24,000 bases of DNA, taken from Anaerosoma tenue (lineage in GTDB: Bacteria; Actinomycetota; Coriobacteriia; Anaerosomatales; Anaerosomataceae). Position 1 is the stretch's first letter; every line of letters begins with the position of its first letter. The DNA is taken from the NCBI RefSeq assembly GCF_023161965.1, contig NZ_JALNTY010000002.1:188552-212551 (forward strand). The letters are read 5' to 3'. Below, piece after piece: positions 23,156 to 24,000 of the stretch. The notes beneath the pieces are model-generated. The model did not search any database and was not told the origin of the DNA. It was given only the letters and a program-made list of their open reading frames with translations. The translations under genes and the position numbers were made by a program.

Positions 23156-24000
23156 CTACGCCAGTTTCACGAGGCCGAGCCGCGCCGCCTCCTCGCTGAC
23201 GATCGCGTCGACCCGGGCGGCGCTCAGATGCCGTGTCTCCATCACGAGATGCTTGGCGTCGTACTCACCCCAGTCGTGAGTGAGGATCGTGATGCCGAGT
23301 TCGTCCGCCTGTTCGTAGAAGGCCGTCCCCGGATAGGGCGTGGTGTACGACATGAGGATCTCAGCGCCCTCGTCGCGCAGCTGTCCGATGAACGCGAATG
23401 TCTCGCGCAGCGTCTCTTCGGTATCATCCGGGAACGGCACCATGAACGAGGCCGTGGTCTTGAGCCCCGCCGCCACCGACCACCGCACCGCGTCGAGCGC
23501 GACCTGCTTATCGATGCCCTTGACCGAGTCGAGGATGGTCTGCGACCCCGACTCCACGCCGTACTGGATGCCGGTGCAGCCATGGACGGCCATGAGGCCG
23601 ATCAGCTCCTCATCGACCTTGTCGACCCGCGTGCCGCACCCCCACTCCACGGCCCCGCCGAGCCGCTCCATCTCGCGCATCAACTCCACGACCCAATCGC
23701 GCCGGAGCGTGAAGATGTCGTCCACGAAGAAGACGAAGCTCGCGCCATAGTCGCGCACCAGCAGTCCGATCTCATCCACAACGGACTTGGGTGAGCGGGG
23801 GCGGTGACGCCCGCTCCAGATGTGCGACGCCGAGCAGAACGGACACCGGTACGGGCATCCGCCTCGGGCGGTGAGAACGTTGAACGCATCGGCATAGAAC
23901 TCAAGCGGCAGCAGGTCACGCGCGGGCAGGCTGAGGGTGTCCGGGTCGAGCAAAGCCCGTCTGGCGTTCTCGACGATCTCGCCCGTTGGCGTCTTCCACA
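23156..24000 (-). CDS. B12-binding-domain radical SAM enzyme, paralog of 17403..18689; C-terminal ~281 codons, with the 5' end beyond the window
   Basis: The track ORF 23156..23953 begins at an internal TTG. The frame stays open to position 24000 (…WKTPTGEIVENARRALLDPDTLSLPARDLL…). Radical SAM motif GGCPYRCPFCSAS. It is collinear with the other paralog to the C-terminus (GCTGIQYGVESGSQTILDSVKGI, FMVPFPDDTEETLRE, DWGEYDAKHLVMETRHL). Confidence 0.9.
   Translation of the reverse strand, partial: WKTPTGEIVENARRALLDPDTLSLPARDLLPLEFYADAFNVLTARGGCPYRCPFCSASHIWSGRHRPRSPKSVVDEIGLLVRDYGASFVFFVDDIFTLRRDWVVELMREMERLGGAVEWGCGTRVDKVDEELIGLMAVHGCTGIQYGVESGSQTILDSVKGIDKQVALDAVRWSVAAGLKTTASFMVPFPDDTEETLRETFAFIGQLRDEGAEILMSYTTPYPGTAFYEQADELGITILTHDWGEYDAKHLVMETRHLSAARVDAIVSEEAARLGLVKLA

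Noticed and set aside
1-24000. CRISPR arrays, rRNA genes, large tandem repeats
   Set aside because: No periodic repeat-spacer structure, rRNA-like conserved blocks or long tandem repeats were seen on either strand. The only long-range repeat is the rSAM paralog pair.

Overview
High-GC bacterial chromosomal window; sampled 60-nt lines count 75% G+C in core genes and 52-58% in one island. I support 21 protein-coding genes, and found no rRNA, tRNA, CRISPR array, transposase or integrase. Many long ORFs in the track are antisense shadows of real genes, as expected at this GC content. Gene content and GGAGG/GAAAGGGG-type Shine-Dalgarno sites suggest an anaerobic or aerotolerant high-GC Gram-positive organism (Actinomycetota, possibly Coriobacteriia-like); this taxon is inference only.

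Gene order, left to right:
- HerA-like DUF853 ATPase (partial, minus strand, absent from the ORF track)
- ablA-ablB (lysine 2,3-aminomutase plus beta-lysine acetyltransferase, the N-epsilon-acetyl-beta-lysine osmolyte pathway)
- heme catalase
- fused membrane/spermidine-synthase-like protein
- class I SAM methyltransferase
- lower-GC island with a Sau3AI-family restriction-modification system (C5-methyltransferase, Vsr, MutH/Sau3AI-like endonuclease), probably extending to a YegP/DUF1508 gene
- compact same-strand cluster DUF389 / unknown 4-TM protein / heliorhodopsin, closed by a strong hairpin
- dusB-like tRNA-dihydrouridine synthase
- 877-aa PPDK_N (PEP/pyruvate-binding) protein with a degenerate RecA/KaiC-like N-terminus
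- minus-strand locus: cytochrome b, Tat-signal 4x[4Fe-4S] protein, YdhV-like aldehyde:ferredoxin oxidoreductase (AOR) family pterin enzyme, coupled 146-aa unknown protein and a B12-binding radical SAM (rSAM) enzyme, with a paralogous B12-rSAM gene just upstream (partial at the window end)

The best candidates for undescribed biology are the heliorhodopsin operon with two uncharacterised membrane partners, and the Tat/cytochrome-b-linked AOR complex bracketed by paralogous B12-rSAM enzymes.
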